Assembly: GCA_013239625.1 (NCBI GenBank)
Contig: MU056703.1
Span: forward strand, 2,035,185 to 2,099,184
Length of the DNA: 64,000 nucleotides
DNA from: Lama guanicoe
Taxonomy: Eukaryota
Direction of reading: 5' to 3'
A program made the translations under genes and the position numbers. This document shows, piece after piece, positions 13,576 to 26,439 of this stretch; the stretch's first letter is position 1, and each line of letters starts with the position of its first letter. Below the pieces are notes generated by a model. The model saw nothing but the letters and a program-made list of their open reading frames with translations, was not told the origin of the DNA and searched no databases.

Positions 13576-15129
13576 CTGGTGACTCTTGGGGTGTGTGTGG
13601 ACGTCCCCGGTACGCACGGGCAGTGGGGGCCTGAGAGGCTGACCACAGGGGCTGGAGGAGCAGAGGTGGGAGTGGCCGTGAGAGGCCTGTCATTACCATG
13701 CAGGGTCGAGGTCAGAGGTGCTGGGGACTGGTCAGGGCGCCGGCTCTTCTTTGCCACCTTAGTTCACTGGCACCTCTGTATTGTGGCCACCACAGAACTG
13801 CCTGTTTAAGACTCTGCTCCTAGTCTGTTGGGAGAATGAGGCCATTAAAGGGACAGATGGTCGCAGTGTGGGCAGACGTGTTGACCAGAACAGCCTGTCC
13901 GCACCCCAGCCTCGAGGCGTCTCTGGCCAGACCTCCAGTTCCCTTCTCTTCAGCTCCCACCCTTGAGCTGGTGTCCCTGCTCCGCCGGGCTCAGACCTCG
14001 GCCCCGGTGCCACATGTCCCCACGGAGTTAAGTACAATAAACTCAGCCCCTCTCCTTGGGGTGCAGGTTGGGGCAGTGCTCCTCTCCCTCCACCCCTCCA
14101 GCAGGCTTTCAGGGAGCTGGAGGGGAGCAAGACGAGACCGGAGGACTTGCAGGGCTGGGGGACAGGAGGGTCATCCAGCCTCACCTCACCTACAGGAGCG
14201 GGCTGCGCCGGCCAAGCTTGTCAGGCCCCGCCGCGCGGGCAGGCGGGTCTCCCGCTCGCGGCAGTGGCGGTGGCGGCGGAGAAATGAAGGCGGACGGGGA
14301 AGGGCTGGGAAAGGCGGAGGCTGAGAAGCGCAGCAGGTTTTCCCGTCTGTCGCTGTCCTGTGCGATGCCCGACTCGCTCACGGACAACGGCTGGTCCGTC
14401 TCGCAGGCTGCGCAGCCCTCCCGAGCCGCCCGCCCTGTGGACCTGCCTGCCCGGCGCCTCGCGTCCTGCCGCTGCCCAGGAGCCCAGGACGCTTCCCTGC
14501 GCTAAGCCGTGGGCTCCCGGACACGGCAGGGCTTGACTGCCCTTCTTGTGTTAGTTCTGTTTGTCACGTCAGGTCAGATGTAAAACATACGCACGACCTT
14601 CTCACCAGAGCAGCGCAGCTCACAGGGCCTGCGGCCGGGGGGAGGCAACTAGCCCCTGAGACTGGTTTCTGCATTTCCAAGCAACGCTGCCCGCCCCTCG
14701 CTGGGCGTCCTCGGACCTCCTTCTCTGCCGACTGACCTGCCCCTGGAAGGCTGGGATTTTGGCGGGAGTCAGCGTTTGCTAGTCTCTTCCAGCATGTGAC
14801 CTCCACAAGGTCTTCACGGAGATTAAAACATACCCAACTCGACCATGGAATTCAGGCCGACAGATGGAGATGCGGGAGAGAGGCGGGAGTTGAAGGGTCA
14901 CCAAGCCACGGGCAAAGCTGGCTCTCAGTGGGCAGCAGCCTGAGGACCTTTGATTTGTTTCTGCAAATCAAATGGCTCTAGCAAAGGAAGGCTCTCCTTG
15001 TCAGAGACCCCGGTGGTTCCCCGCAGGGACCTGCTGAGCGAGCCAGAGGACAGTCTGCAGAGGAGACTGAACGTTGAACGCAGCGCGCTGTGGATCAGCA
15101 CGCTTCAGGCCTTGCTCGAAGATGCTCAA

Positions 15130-15320
15130 GTTAATCCAACCGAAGTAACGTTTGTCGAGTATCTGTTGTGCTCCCGGACAAAGCGTAGTCTCTGTGCTCT
15201 GGGAAGATTCAAACTTACTCGGGGAGACAGAAATTTAAACAAATGAATGCCGTTTAGCATAACACGTCCTGAAAAGCAGGTGGCGAGTGAGGTGCAGTGG
15301 AGACGGGGGAGAGGAAGCTG
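15130..15320 (-). mobile_element. L2 fragment
   Basis: TTTGTCGAGTATCTGTTGTG...GGGGAGACAGA..TTAAACAAATGAAT resembles the L2 3' end. Confidence 0.45.
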
Positions 15321-15545
15321 TGACCGGTTCACAGTGTCATGAAACCAAATGAAGCAACACAATGAAATCTCAATTCTTGTTTCTGCAAATCAAGACAAAT
15401 TATGGAACAATGCTGTGTCTCCTTTGACCAGAAAGGCTTCATGTGTCAAGGAGCAAGACAGAGGTTCCATTCTCCTTGAACTCTGACCACCACGTTCTAT
15501 TATTTTCCCAGTCAATAATAAGGTGTCAGGGGTTACTGCACACGA

Positions 15546-15585
15546 GTGCGCGCGCGCGCACACACACACACACACACGCACACAC
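15546..15585. repeat. Compound (CG)n(CA)n microsatellite
   Basis: GTGCGCGCGCGCGCACACACACACACACACACGCACACAC. Confidence 0.95.
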
Positions 15586-16393
15586 CACAGGACAGGGGGA
15601 GAAATAGGTTCATCCCCTTGTTACAGTGATTAGCTTTCTTCGTGCAGCTGCTAAATGCCTTTGGAGAGGTTAGGTTGAAATTTCAGCCTAAAAAATATCA
15701 CAGTCAGTGTTACTTAGAACAGCTGGTGGTTTCCGCCACTCACTCCCGGGCGGCCACAGTTCCAATTTGTGGCTAGCCCTGTCGTCAAACATCTCGGGGC
15801 AACCAGACTGCGACAGGATGACAGATCGCCCTCTCGCTGGATACTGACAAACAAATTAGTGCAAAGATGCTTTCCGTAGCAGACCAGATGTGTTGAGCTC
15901 TGTCGTATGGAACCAGCAATGAGAAGCTGTCCGTGCCCCATCTGTGCCTTTTATTTTTTATTTATCTCTCTCTCACTCTCTCTTTCTTCAACCTCCTGGT
16001 GCGCCGTTACGAGGTACAAAGCGCTGAGTTGGCATGCACACGGATGAGCACATTGGGAAGCAGGCCTCATTGCCGCATCTGAAACTCGCCCAGGAGATGT
16101 TCCAGGAAGATGAGACCAACCAGTGATGGAGCCTCCGGGGCAGATGAAAGTCATTGGTAAACGCCCCGCTGGGACACGAAGCTTCATCACAAGTTTGCAG
16201 ACTCCAGGAAGAGGCCGCAGAGAGCTCGGCCTCTCATGAGATTTGGAACCACGGCTCTAACTACAGGATGCGCAGTGTGTCCCTTTGTCCCCAGACCGGC
16301 AGATAGAGCGTCCACCAGGCTAGTGGGGAGTGAGGTGAGGAGCCCTGGGCTCCTCTTGTCCCCAAGTCACATGAACATTTTTAATATTCTTCA

Positions 16394-16468
16394 GGGTGGG
16401 GGGCATAGCTTGGTGGTAGCGCGTGTGCTCAGCGTGCAGCCCCAGTGCCCCTGTTAAAGGGGGAAAAA
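16394..16468 (+). mobile_element. Internally deleted Vic-1-like tRNA-derived SINE
   Basis: GGGG..GCATAGCTTGGTGGTAGCGCGTGTGCTCAGCGTGCA / CCCCAGTGCC..TGTTAAA. The A box is present and the B-box region is deleted. Confidence 0.65.
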
Positions 16469-19400
16469 TTGCAAAGTAAATTTTTAATGTTCTCCCATGT
16501 TTCTCGGTTAAGATCAGCCAGCAGAGTCTTTGAGGACCTACTGTGTACCTAGAACCCCACTAGGTACAAGGGAGAACATAAAAGGGGAGTCAAGAATTCC
16601 TGGAAAGGCTGGGCGCCCCCTTGAGTTCAATGCAGCCCACGAGGGAGCCCCACCAGAGCAAAGCACCCCATGATGAGGCTGGGCCATGAGCGTTTTAGGA
16701 GTTGGGAGGACGGAGAGGTTTCTCGTGGAGCTCCTCAGAGAGGACACAGGGACTGAACTGGGCCTTAAGGGATGAGGGGCTTCGGACTAGCGGAGAAAAG
16801 AAAGCGGCAGAAACTCTAGGAGGGGTGGAGCGCAGCAGCATGGGAGCCGGGAGCGCAGACTTGCACTGGGGCCTTACTGCAGAGGGGACGGGGCGGGGGC
16901 GCCGCCCAGGGGTCCGGTGGCAGGGGAGCCAGGGCCGGACGGAGACCTACCCTGGGGAGGCGCAGGGACTCCGAGCAGAGGCAGGGCTCGTCCTGGTGTC
17001 CTTGCCGGTGGAGGCTCCAGAACAAACGGGAAGTCAGGGCGCCCCTTTGGGCTCTGTGAAGTGGGGAGACGTTCATGCCCTGCCCACATCTCAGGGTCAT
17101 TTAGCAACAGGGCTCGTGGCGGTAAATGCGGTAAATGCTGGGGTGCGTGTGGTTGCTGTCCCGCTCCGTGGGGCTGCTCTTAGGAAGACTGGCTTGCTTC
17201 CCTCTGCAGAATGGACTGGGGACGGGGAGGAAACGGGGTGGGACCTGCTGTCTGGTCAGGGAAAGCACTCTGAGTCCTTCGTCCGGGTGCCCCTCGGGCC
17301 GCTCCGGCCGGTGCTCTCCAGTTCACGTGAGTGGACTCGCGGCCACTGTCCCTGGCCCTCTTTCACCACATGGTGATTACATCAGCTTTTTGGAGACGGG
17401 TATGTATTTGTGGCTTAGGGTTTCCATGGCTCCTGGGTGACTGGCATGAGCCGCCCAGTGTCCTCCCTTGTGACCTGGCTCCCGTCGTAGGCCCTGACTC
17501 TCACCAGTGCTTTGCTGAGAGGTGGGGGCTGTGTGGCTCTGGGCTCCTCCTGGACGCTGGTGGCCTCCCTGACGCAGTGGGTGGGCAGCAGTGGGGTGGA
17601 CAGAGCCCAGCAGAGCAAAGAGGAAGGAGCAGGTGACCTAGGGTGACAGAGCTTCCACCCCTGCCTCTTCTGGCCGGACACTCACTTGCGGAAGAGGCTG
17701 AGAGCTGCTGGGACTGCACAGCCGACGGAGAGGACACTTCTGTCCTGCTCCCCCAGGACTGTGCCCTGGGTGCCGGGCGGCGGTCACCGATGTGGCCTCC
17801 GGAATCCATCCCTGCAGCCCGGGTGTCCTCTCCGGGGCCCCGCCGTGCGTGCTTGCGTCCCCGCCGTCTCAGTCAGGCTGCCTCCTTTCCTCTGCCTTTT
17901 CGTCGACGCCTCCTCCTGGGCGACAAGGACCTGCCGTCCATCATCCATCAGGGTTTATTCTCCATCGTGAAAACTGCAGCCAGAAGCTGCTTCTATTTGC
18001 TGGTTGGAGTCGGCAGATCAGCCTTCACTCCAGATCTCATAAACCTCTTACAGTAAAGCCCCTCGATGTGAATGCACGTCTCAATAACCAGACAGATCTC
18101 CCGACCGCCGGATACCAGCCTCGAGACGGGTCCAATCACACCGTCGTCCGTGACGCCCCCATCAGACCTCTGCCTCTGCCACTTGGCGCCAGCCTTGCAC
18201 AGAGCTGTCCGCGGAGAGGTGCTTATAGAAGTAACTGCTCGAACTTGCGCCTCTCAAGGCAGGACCTCATTAAACCGAGAAATGGTAGGAGCTGTGCCGT
18301 GGACCAGATTAGAACCTGAGACGATATTTCCGGATGGCAAGTGAGGTCCGGGGCTTTTAAATATCATTATTCACATTCAATCATGCACCGACTGCTTCTG
18401 CCTAATTGCTAAATGTTTTCTCTTGTGCTTAAATTCCGTGCCACAGATTATTAAAAACTGACTTTACAATATTTATTTTACTTATCTTCTCAAGCCAGAC
18501 TGGGCTTAGCCCATAGATTCTGTGAATTATTAATTTTTAAAGGCAATTTGTGCTATGTTTTACACTTGGATGATGTCCAGAGAGACACTGGCTTCTAGTC
18601 CAACTTGCAGAACTGAATCACTTTGATTCATCTTTAATCTGAAGACTCTTAAAGCACATACCAGAGATGGAAGGGCTAATGAATCCCTGCAAAAAGCTAA
18701 CATGCACTTAGTCAACATTTAGATCCAGGGATAAAAGAGGAAACCGCCATTTTCCGCAGGCCATCTGAGCGGTAACCTTGGACAGCATAACTCACCGGTT
18801 TTCTAACAAGAACTGCTTGGAGGCATAGCGAGACGTTCATAAAACCACCGGGCCAGCAGCACTCCTGTATCACCCGTGACTTACGCAGGGGCCGCACCGC
18901 CAACCTTCTGGGCTCACTGGCAAAGCTGTTCCCTCCCAGCGGGCTCTTGGTTTTCCTCGGACTCAGCCCACTTGCGTGAGAGCCAGGCCAAACCTCTCAC
19001 AGATTCCCACTTGACTATCTGTGCGCTACAGTGAGGTTCCACGCTCCACACACAGAATTCTACATTTAAATTCTGTATTAAGTCAAGAGTCGATCCCGAG
19101 ACACTGAAAAGGTGAGATGCTCAGTAACCAAACGAGGTCACCTGGCACCTCTGTGTTTCTATAAAATCCCTGCTTTGGTCTCATTTTTCTTAAAACCAAC
19201 CTTGTCTACATGACGAAGAGCCAGGGTTCCAGGTGAAGGTGTTTCTTCCCAGGCTCTGTGCTTACACTTACAAAAGGAATGTAGGACGTACGTGCCTGGT
19301 GCCCGGCACACGGGACATGCGACAAAAAAGGGAAATTTCCCCAAAAATATTAATAAGAATGAGATGTGGGTGTGTCTCCCCCGAAGTGTCTGAAGGATCC

Positions 19401-19997
19401 CAGGAAACAGAACAACGGAAACTGCGTCATTGGGCAGCACCAGCGTCCTGGGGGGGGTTTCCACATGTTCCGAGAAGCTTTGGTGTGTTTACAGCAATCT
19501 GGAACGTTCTCTGTGCTCTTTTATTTTGAACTATTTTATCAATGTTGTTCAACCTAAAACTAGCCTGGGCACGAGGCAGACTTTTTCTTTCTCTTTCCAA
19601 AGCTGTTTCAGTGTTTTGTTGATTCCTTGACGAGCAGAGGCGACTGTGGGTGTCACGTCTCTCCAGCATGTGGTGCCTTAGGGGTCCCGGCCAGAGGCTC
19701 CTCCAGTGTGGACACAGTGAGAGCCCAGGAGAAGGCCGGGAGGTGCGTCCAGACGTGAGCCCTGAGCCTGAACTCAGACTTGTCCTGGAGCCTCACAGAT
19801 TCTCACGGGTGATCTGAAGTTCAGGATACCGTCCCCCGCGTGGGACTGGGCTGCTAGTGTTTTGCAGACAATTTAATGAAGCGCTGTGGTTACCAGGACG
19901 GTCAGTCCAGAGGCGGTCTGCAGACCCTCCCTGAACCCACAAGGCCGGGGAGGTACCACGTGATCCCAGTCCTGAGATGAGCCCAGTTCAGAGAGAA

Positions 19998-20165
19998 CAT
20001 CCATCCATCCATCCACTCACCCCTCCATCCATCTATCCACTCATCCATACATCCATCCATATGTCTACACAGCCATCCATCCATCCACCCACCCACCTGT
20101 CCACTCACCCCTCCATCCATCCATCCATCCACTCATCCATACATCCACCCACCCGTCCACTCGTC
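19998..20165. repeat. Degenerate (CCAT/CCAC)n tetranucleotide repeat
   Basis: Read directly from the sequence. Confidence 0.9.
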
Positions 20166-23100
20166 CTTCACCAGGACGCCCACTCTCCTGCCCAGTCCCA
20201 AGTCCATATAGTAGCAAGCCTCCATGTCACACAGGGTCTTGCTAGGTCCCCCAGGTTCACTCTAACATCCCCCTTCCTGGCCCTGGCCCCTCAGGGGGAG
20301 CAGGGCATCTCCGATGCTCCCAGACTATTCCAGCCTCTTTAGCATGGGATCTTGTCCAGGCTGCACACCTGCTGAGAAGCAGTCGTGCCGCCGTCCCCTA
20401 GAGTCCATGCCCAGGGTCCAGCCACCCTCCCATTGGCCCAAGACAGTGGGCAAGTCCCGCTTTCTGTGGAGTTGGTCTTGAGTGGTGGAGACAGGTGTGT
20501 GCATGGAGGAAAATGAAGAGTCAGTGACCCCAATATGCACCTGCGCACACGAGCCACCAGTTGCCGTGTTCAATGCTCACGACAGTATATGGGCAGCTGC
20601 TCTCTGTAGAGACGCCTGGGCGCACGAAGGGGAAGGAGCAGAGGGAGGGCCCAGGCCGGCAGCAAGGCTGAGAGCCGGGCCTGTGTCTGGTGAGACCACT
20701 GGACCCGCCCGGAGCCGGGGGACCCAGGACCTGCCCTTTGGCCGAATTCCATGCCTGTGACTCCAGGTCCTTCCACTGCTCTTGAGCTGATCGCCACGTT
20801 CTGTCTGCTCCACGCTCTCTCTGAAGGCAGGATTATCGCGGGGTTTACACATAAGCTCAGAAGTATTTTCTGCTGTTGTGGACTTTTTTGAATTTCTAGA
20901 TCTAATAGCTGTAAAGAGAAATAGACAGCTATTTTAAATCAAGAGCGAAGTCACAAATCCACAGAGCAAAAGCTCAAATGTAATTTAAATGTGCGGGTAG
21001 AGATTGTTAAGGTTTCTTAGTTGTGCAAACACTCCTTTTAGCAAACGTTCCTGGGCCCCCTTTCCAGTAGACACTCCAGGCGGTTGCAGGAGACGGCAGA
21101 GACGTCCAGCTCTCGGGAGCATTTTTAAATGTCTTTTAAAGGCCCGAGGGCTGCCCGAGACTGAAGCCCTCGGCGCGGCAGCCCGGGCGTCTCCAGCCTC
21201 ACCCGGAGACAAGGGCCCTTGACAAGGGACAGGCATCTCACTTGTTGTCTTTACCCTGAAACGCCTGCTTCGGAGTCCTTGACAATTTCTCAGAAAACAA
21301 GTTTCCTCAAGTTTCCTGGTAACTTGGCCAAAGCAAGGCAGAAATTAAGGGATCAGCTCTGTCGGGGTCTCCATTTCTGCCGAGTTCTTAAGTCGATCCC
21401 AGGTGAAAGTTGTTTCAAACAGAAATTTTAGAGTAGAGAAATGACACTGACAGTCATAAAGCAGCAGCTTCCAAACTTCAGTCGAAAACACAGAAAAGCA
21501 GAGATGAGCTTTTGCTATGGGTGGATTTGGCAGGCACGGCGGTGGCCCTTCCTGTGCACCGGCGTGGTCTGGGCCCTGGGGCAGCCTCCCTGCACACAGC
21601 AGCCTGAGGGTGGATGGACCACCGGGTTGGAGGACGAAGCCCGGGGCCCAGCTGGGCGGGAGGCGGAGCTGCTCCCACGCGAGACTCTGTCCAGAACACA
21701 GCCCCACCCGCACGTGCGATTCCTAGCAGGCCTGTCCCCCGGCCGGAGGCTGGGCCCCACGGTCCCCGCAGATTTGGGAAACTGTCCTGGCTCTGGGACT
21801 CTGCAGACAGTTCCTGGAGCAACAGAGCATCAAATTCTTGGCTTTGGGTTCAGAAAATCTGAGGCACCACTGTAGATCAGGTAGGGACTTAGGAAAATAT
21901 GTCACTGGGAATCTTGGTTGTTCTGATACCACCCCCCAACCTGCGCATCGGCCTGGAGAGCCAGGAAGGGGAGCTGGTGCTGCCGGCCAGGCAGCCATGG
22001 TTAATCCTCCCGGCGGACACACTTAACGTCCTCGAGAAAGGCCAGGACACCTCCCATGGAGGTGGGGCACGTGAGAACTGGCTGGGCCGCCTCCTCCGTT
22101 TCCTGCTTTCCAACGATTTGTGGTGAAGATGGGCTGAGCCCATCGGGGCCAGGGCAGTTTGGGGCCTCAGCTCTCAACTGGGACGGTGGGAAGCGAGACC
22201 TCCCCTCCCCTCTGCAGTGAGGCCGGCGTGGTTTTCCCACGATCCTGGTGGACACTGGTGGTTAAGCTCGGAGCCCTGCTCCCAGAAACTGTCCCGCAAG
22301 GGAGACAGTGCCTTCGGGGTCAGGGACAAACACAAGGGAACCACAAGGTGAGAGGTGGCTCCTTCAACCTCAGACATTTGGAGCCGACGTAGCCTCGCCT
22401 GCGGTGGGCACCGGCAGCCTGGGACCGGAGGAGGGACTGTCCCACGACAGACACCGCCCTCCCCCAGAGGCCCGGGGCCGGAACGTGCACCTGGCAGTGT
22501 GGGAGTTAAATAAAGCAAGGGCACGTCTGCTTCCTCATTTGAGAAATAAGCTTCAACCTGGGTAAAACTCTGCCCAGGAAACTCTGGAATGCAGTTGCTA
22601 CCAAACCTGCCGGCCACGCGCTCACGTGTCGGACGGACTCGGGGTTGCTGCTGAAGGAGCGATGGGTGAGCCCCGACCTCGCGGCAGGACAATCTTGGAA
22701 GAAGCTGCCGGCCCCCTCGTGGGCTCTGAGCCTGGAAAGGCCTCTCCACACCGTCATTACCCACTGCCGCCTCTGCCCCGCGTGGGGAAGGGCACACGGC
22801 CGCGTCCGGGCTGTGTGGCTGGTGGGTCTGACAGGCCCTTGTTCAGACTGACCTACTCTCCTCGCCGTGGGGACAGAGCCCACGGTTGCGCCCGCAACTC
22901 AACATTTGTGGGGGACGTGGGGCACCTCCTTGACCTCCCAGAGGGGTGCAGACTGAAGAAAGCAGTTAGACATTGCAAAGCCCCTGGGCACCTTGGCAGA
23001 GACGGGTCTCTCAGTGAAGTGTGAGCACACCCCTTCAGATGCAGACTTTGTCATCCCGGTCCACCCTCCCCGCCCATCACCTGCCCGCCGTCTGCATCTT

Positions 23101-23932
23101 GGCCTGCTGTTCACGCAGAGCAATCTGTTGTGAGTTGGTTTGCTTTGCGGCTTCTCCCCCCTCCCCCCCCGCCTCCAAAAATAATCCGGGTGCAGCTGGA
23201 ACAGGCCCGCACACCAGCCCAAGGTGTCCGCGTGGTCTTCAAGGCCACTCAGGGCCCCATGATCCTGGTCTGGTCAAAACCCAACCTGGAGGTGCCTCCG
23301 TTGGTGTGGGGGTGTCTTCGTGCTGTGGCTTTGAGGGGAGGCTTCCCAGGAGAATGACCTGCCTGAAAAAGTAAACCAGGAGGAAGGGTGGATCCCTGAG
23401 AGACCTTTGGTCCCCAGCGGCTCACGCAGAGCCACGGCTTCTGCCCCCTGGAGCTGGGAGCCGCATTGGTCGGTGGTCCTCCCGGCTGCCCGCCTGCTGA
23501 GCTTCAGGTTACATCCACGGAATCTGGGAGCTCTGAAGGGGAGTTTAGGCGTCGTGTATCTCCTGACTTCCTTTGAATCTTTAAAGGGAAGGCAGGCCCT
23601 ACTCTGTGCGCCCCGCCCCTCACACATGCCCAGCCCCGCACGAGCCCCCCTCGGAACCCCGAGACTGGGCCTCGCTTGCCGGCCATTTCCAATCTCTGAA
23701 ACCCAGTCCAGCCCGGACTGAAATTGAGCATCTCGTGACCAAGTCTAAGCCCGTCCAGGGGGACGGGGGGAGGGTCTCTGCGGGCCAGGCCCCGGTTGCA
23801 GGGTGTCCACTCGGAGGCCCGCCCTGGCCTCACGTCCTCCAGCTCAGGTTTCAGGTGCTGCTTCTCCCCAGGCAGGGGGGGTGTGGTGGCTCCAGGGGCC
23901 CGTGCCCGTGTGTCCGGCTCCTCCTGGGTGAG

Positions 23933-24005
23933 AGCTCTCTCTCTCTCTCCCCGTCTCTGTCTCTCTCTGTCTCTGTCTCTGTCTCTGTCCCTCTGTCTCT
24001 CTCTC
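23933..24005. repeat. (TC)n/(TCTGTC)n pyrimidine-rich microsatellite
   Basis: Read directly from the sequence. Confidence 0.9.
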
Positions 24006-24399
24006 ACCCCTTGCTCATCCCTCACAATCCGCAAGTTTCATGTGTGCTGCCCTCAGGTCCCCTCGGGCCCCCAGTTCAGAATCAAGGCCCCGTGCCCTGG
24101 GTACTGGTTACCCCCCAGACAGAGCAGCCAGGTTTCAGAACCCTCTCCTTGAGCTTGGACACACCCTGACTCACAATTTCCATGGACGGGCACTTGCTCT
24201 GGAGCCGGCCCTCCTGCCCAGAGGCGGCCTTTGTGCTCAGGGAGTGGCGGACGTCAGTCAGCACCTCCTGCGGTCTCCTCGCGGACCACCTGGACCCCCG
24301 GGACAGGCCAGGTCTCTCGGCATCTCCCCTTCAAGCATCAGTGTGTGGAACCACTGACTACGGCGCAGACATTTGCCTTCAGTAAAGGCTCGCTGAGTG

Positions 24400-24710
24400 A
24401 CTGTCTTAGCTCGGACCGCCCTGATGAAGGACTACGGATGGCCTTAGCCAACAAGCACTCATTTCTCATGGTTCTGGCAGCTGGGTTCTGAGATGCAGGC
24501 CCCGCTCCTGCGCCGTCCACTCCCGTGGCCACACATGGCCGTCCCTCTGAGTCCACGACACCAGGCGTGTGAGATTAGGACCCACCCAAGGATCTCCTTT
24601 GACCGTAATCGCCTCTTTAAAGACCCCGTCTCCAAACACAGTCACCTTCTGACGGCCCGGGGATCAGAACTTCAGGGTGAATTTTGGGGAGAACACAGTT
24701 CGGCCCATGC
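24400..24710 (-). mobile_element. MaLR MLT1-type solo LTR
   Basis: ATTTCTCATGGTTCTGG.AGCTGGG...GATTAGGACCCACCC...TAATC.CCTCTTTAAAGACCC.GTCTCCAAA.ACAGTCAC.TTCTGA...GAATTTTGGGG..ACACAGTTC.GCCCA, typical MLT1 motifs. Confidence 0.8.
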
Positions 24711-26029
24711 AGTGACCAAGGAACCAGCTATAGGCTGGCCACCATTTACAGTCAGATCCTGGGTTTACCCACCTGGAAGCTGCCAGGAGAAACCCTCACC
24801 CCTTGTAGGAACCAAAGCCCCTCCTGTGACAGAGCTCAGTGCAGACCCAGAATCTCTCTTTGCCTGAACAACCTTGTTCACAGATGGCAGCTTGAAAACA
24901 GTCTCTTAAAATACGTGTTCCTGAAAATCTGCGAGAAGATGTCTTCGCTCCAGGACGCTGCTCCCTTCTCCTGCCTGCCCGGAGGTTAATTATTTTCTTG
25001 CTTCCCGGGGTAACGCACCTGTTCAAACTGCCTTGCGTCCGTGTTCAGATGGAAGCAGCATCCGTGGAAGTCAGACCCAGGTTGGAGTAGGGGTTTGGTG
25101 AGGGAAGAAAGTGGGTCAGGCTTGGGGGCGGCCATCTGTCAGAGTGTGTTTTGGCAAAAGGAAAACACAAGGAGGGAACTTACCAAGGAGGCCGGGGTTT
25201 GCAGCCCAGAGGCCCCGAGCGCTCCGCGGCCCCAGCTGTCATGCTCCTTCTTGCCACGTGGCTGAGCCGTGCCGGACATGGCAGCGCGTGGCCCACAAAC
25301 TCAGAAGACACAAGGGCAAAACCTCACGCTAAACTGTGGAAATAGGGCAAGACCAAAGTGCCCCATTTACCCAGTGTTTTGAGAATAACCTGTACCTCGA
25401 ACTCTTTAATGCCTTTCAGGAGGCGAACATAAGATCAAATCTGTAGACAGTTTGGCGATTGCAGTTTTCAATGAAAGTTCCAGGAAATGTGTTACTTCCC
25501 ACAGATGAATTGCCCCGATGCCTGACGTGGGCTCGTGCCCCAAAGTGGGTTTTGAAGGTTTCATCTTCCTCAGTAAAAATGGGTTCATCAATTGTGGGTA
25601 AGCAAAGCACTCTCTGACAGCAAACACAGCTTTCACCAGAGCCGGCTCAGAAAAGGGGGACCTCGTCACGGCCCCTCGTGTCCCCCGGTGGGTCAGCTGA
25701 GGGTCCCCAGGCTCCGCGACCCACACGGCCAGGGTGGCGCTCGCCGCCCGAATCCAGTCCCACCTCCTGAGGCTTCTGTCTCCCCTCACACGCCCCCACC
25801 CCGTGCCTGCACACATCCAGGCACCCTGGGTCCGAGGACGGTTCCCAAGGACCTTCACATGAGATTCTCTTTGCCACAGCGTTAAAGCCTCTTTGGTGCA
25901 TTTGAAGTTTCAAACCTGTAAAATAAGAGAGAAAAAGAAAGCAAGCCAGGGCCCAGTCAGAGCCCAGCTGCACATACAGTTCACTCTTTAATACGTCAGC
26001 CTCAACTCTCTCCTTTCTATTTTTCACTT

Positions 26030-26380
26030 TTTAAATTTTTTTGTGTTGAAGTAATCTTGATTCACAATGTTGTGTTAGTTTCTGGTGCACAGCCCAGTTA
26101 CACGTATATACTCTTTTCCATCATAGGCCATTGCAAGATACTGAATACAGTCCCCTGTGCTACACAGTAGGGCCTTGTTGTTTATCTGCTTTATATATAG
26201 TGGTGTGTATCTGCTAATCCCAGAGTCCTAACTTATCCCTCCCCTCCCCTCCGGTAACCGTAGGTTTGTTCTCTATGTCTGTGCGTCTGTTTCTGTTTTG
26301 TTAAGTAAGTCCATTTGTGCCGTTCTGTGAGATCCCACATAGAAGTGATGGCATAAGATATTTGCCTTTCTCTGTCTGAA
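26030..26380 (-). mobile_element. 5'-truncated L1 3' UTR, cetartiodactyl type (L1_Art-like)
   Basis: Poly-T, then TTGAAGTA...TTCACAATGTTGTGTTAGTTTCTGGTG.ACAG...CCCTGTGCTACACAGTAGG.CCTTGTTGTTTATC. Confidence 0.85.
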
Positions 26381-26439
26381 GTTTTCTCCTTTCTAGATTA
26401 AATGCTTTGATGCTTACTTCACATTATTTATTTTCTTGT

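Noticed and set aside
16394-16468. tRNA gene
   Set aside because: Only the A-box half is present and no cloverleaf forms; it is a SINE remnant.
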